Under the pieces are notes generated by a model. It was not told where the DNA came from. It saw only the letters and a list, made by a program, of their open reading frames with translations, and did not search any database. Below are positions 29,090 to 29,300 of a stretch of 29,300 nucleotides of DNA, piece by piece. The position numbers and the translations under genes were made by a program. This DNA is from Fimbriimonadales bacterium. GTDB lineage: Bacteria > Armatimonadota > Fimbriimonadia > Fimbriimonadales > ATM1. The stretch spans positions 1 to 29,300 of the forward strand of contig JBGTLG010000014.1 of assembly GCA_041744215.1 (NCBI GenBank). The letters run 5' to 3'. Position 1 is the first letter of the stretch; each line of letters begins with the position of its first letter.

Positions 29090-29126
29090 GATAGGTAAGC
29101 GTATTTGCGGGGTGGGAGCTACGCGA

Positions 29127-29300
29127 ATGTTGGACGAGGAACGAAGAACCAGAGCAATACGAGTCTTTGCAGTCGTGTCGGCGATGCTGTTGGCTTTCTC
29201 AGCGTCGGCCTCGGGGATTCATGCAGCGCTGGAGGCGTTCCTTAAGGGCCAGGGCAGGTGGATCGTCGCGCCCAAGTACTCCGATCGCCCGAGGACGCCA
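29127..29300 (+). CDS. 5' end of a hypothetical secreted protein (partial, runs off the window)
   Basis: GGGAG RBS, ATG 29127, open to the window end: MLDEERRTRAIRVFAVVSAMLLAFSASASGIHAALEAFLKG... (signal-peptide-like). Confidence 0.7.
   Translation, partial: MLDEERRTRAIRVFAVVSAMLLAFSASASGIHAALEAFLKGQGRWIVAPKYSDRPRTP

Overview
Bacterial chromosomal window of about 58% GC (estimated by eye). The gene content is compatible with an Armatimonadota-like organism, which is an inference only. Most genes are housekeeping or envelope genes: a WaaA-like Kdo transferase, a TPR protein, a secreted glycoside-hydrolase-like protein, a stalk/Ig-domain protein, PilZ, pyrG, an HNH nuclease, glutamate formiminotransferase, fabI, purM, a tandem-repeat serine hydrolase, an AraC/GyrI regulator, an SSS symporter, purF, yebC, a rhomboid, dps, a 2-hydroxyacid dehydrogenase and DinB. 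Four things are not explained by the ORF track. (1) Two 'separate' ORFs at 27292-28491 are one reading frame broken by a single TGA in a C-T-U-N-N-G motif and followed by a bacterial SECIS-like hairpin, giving a probable secreted thioredoxin-like selenoprotein. (2) A 177-bp non-coding element with a 9-bp periodic core occurs twice, inverted, near the two window ends, each copy about 150 nt upstream of a gene. (3) A small SD-sequestered membrane peptide, a 194-nt rod-like (6S-like) RNA and an HNH nuclease lie in tandem at 10429-11413. (4) An unannotated 33-aa membrane peptide is translationally coupled to the SSS symporter. No tRNA, rRNA, CRISPR array, transposase or integrase was seen.
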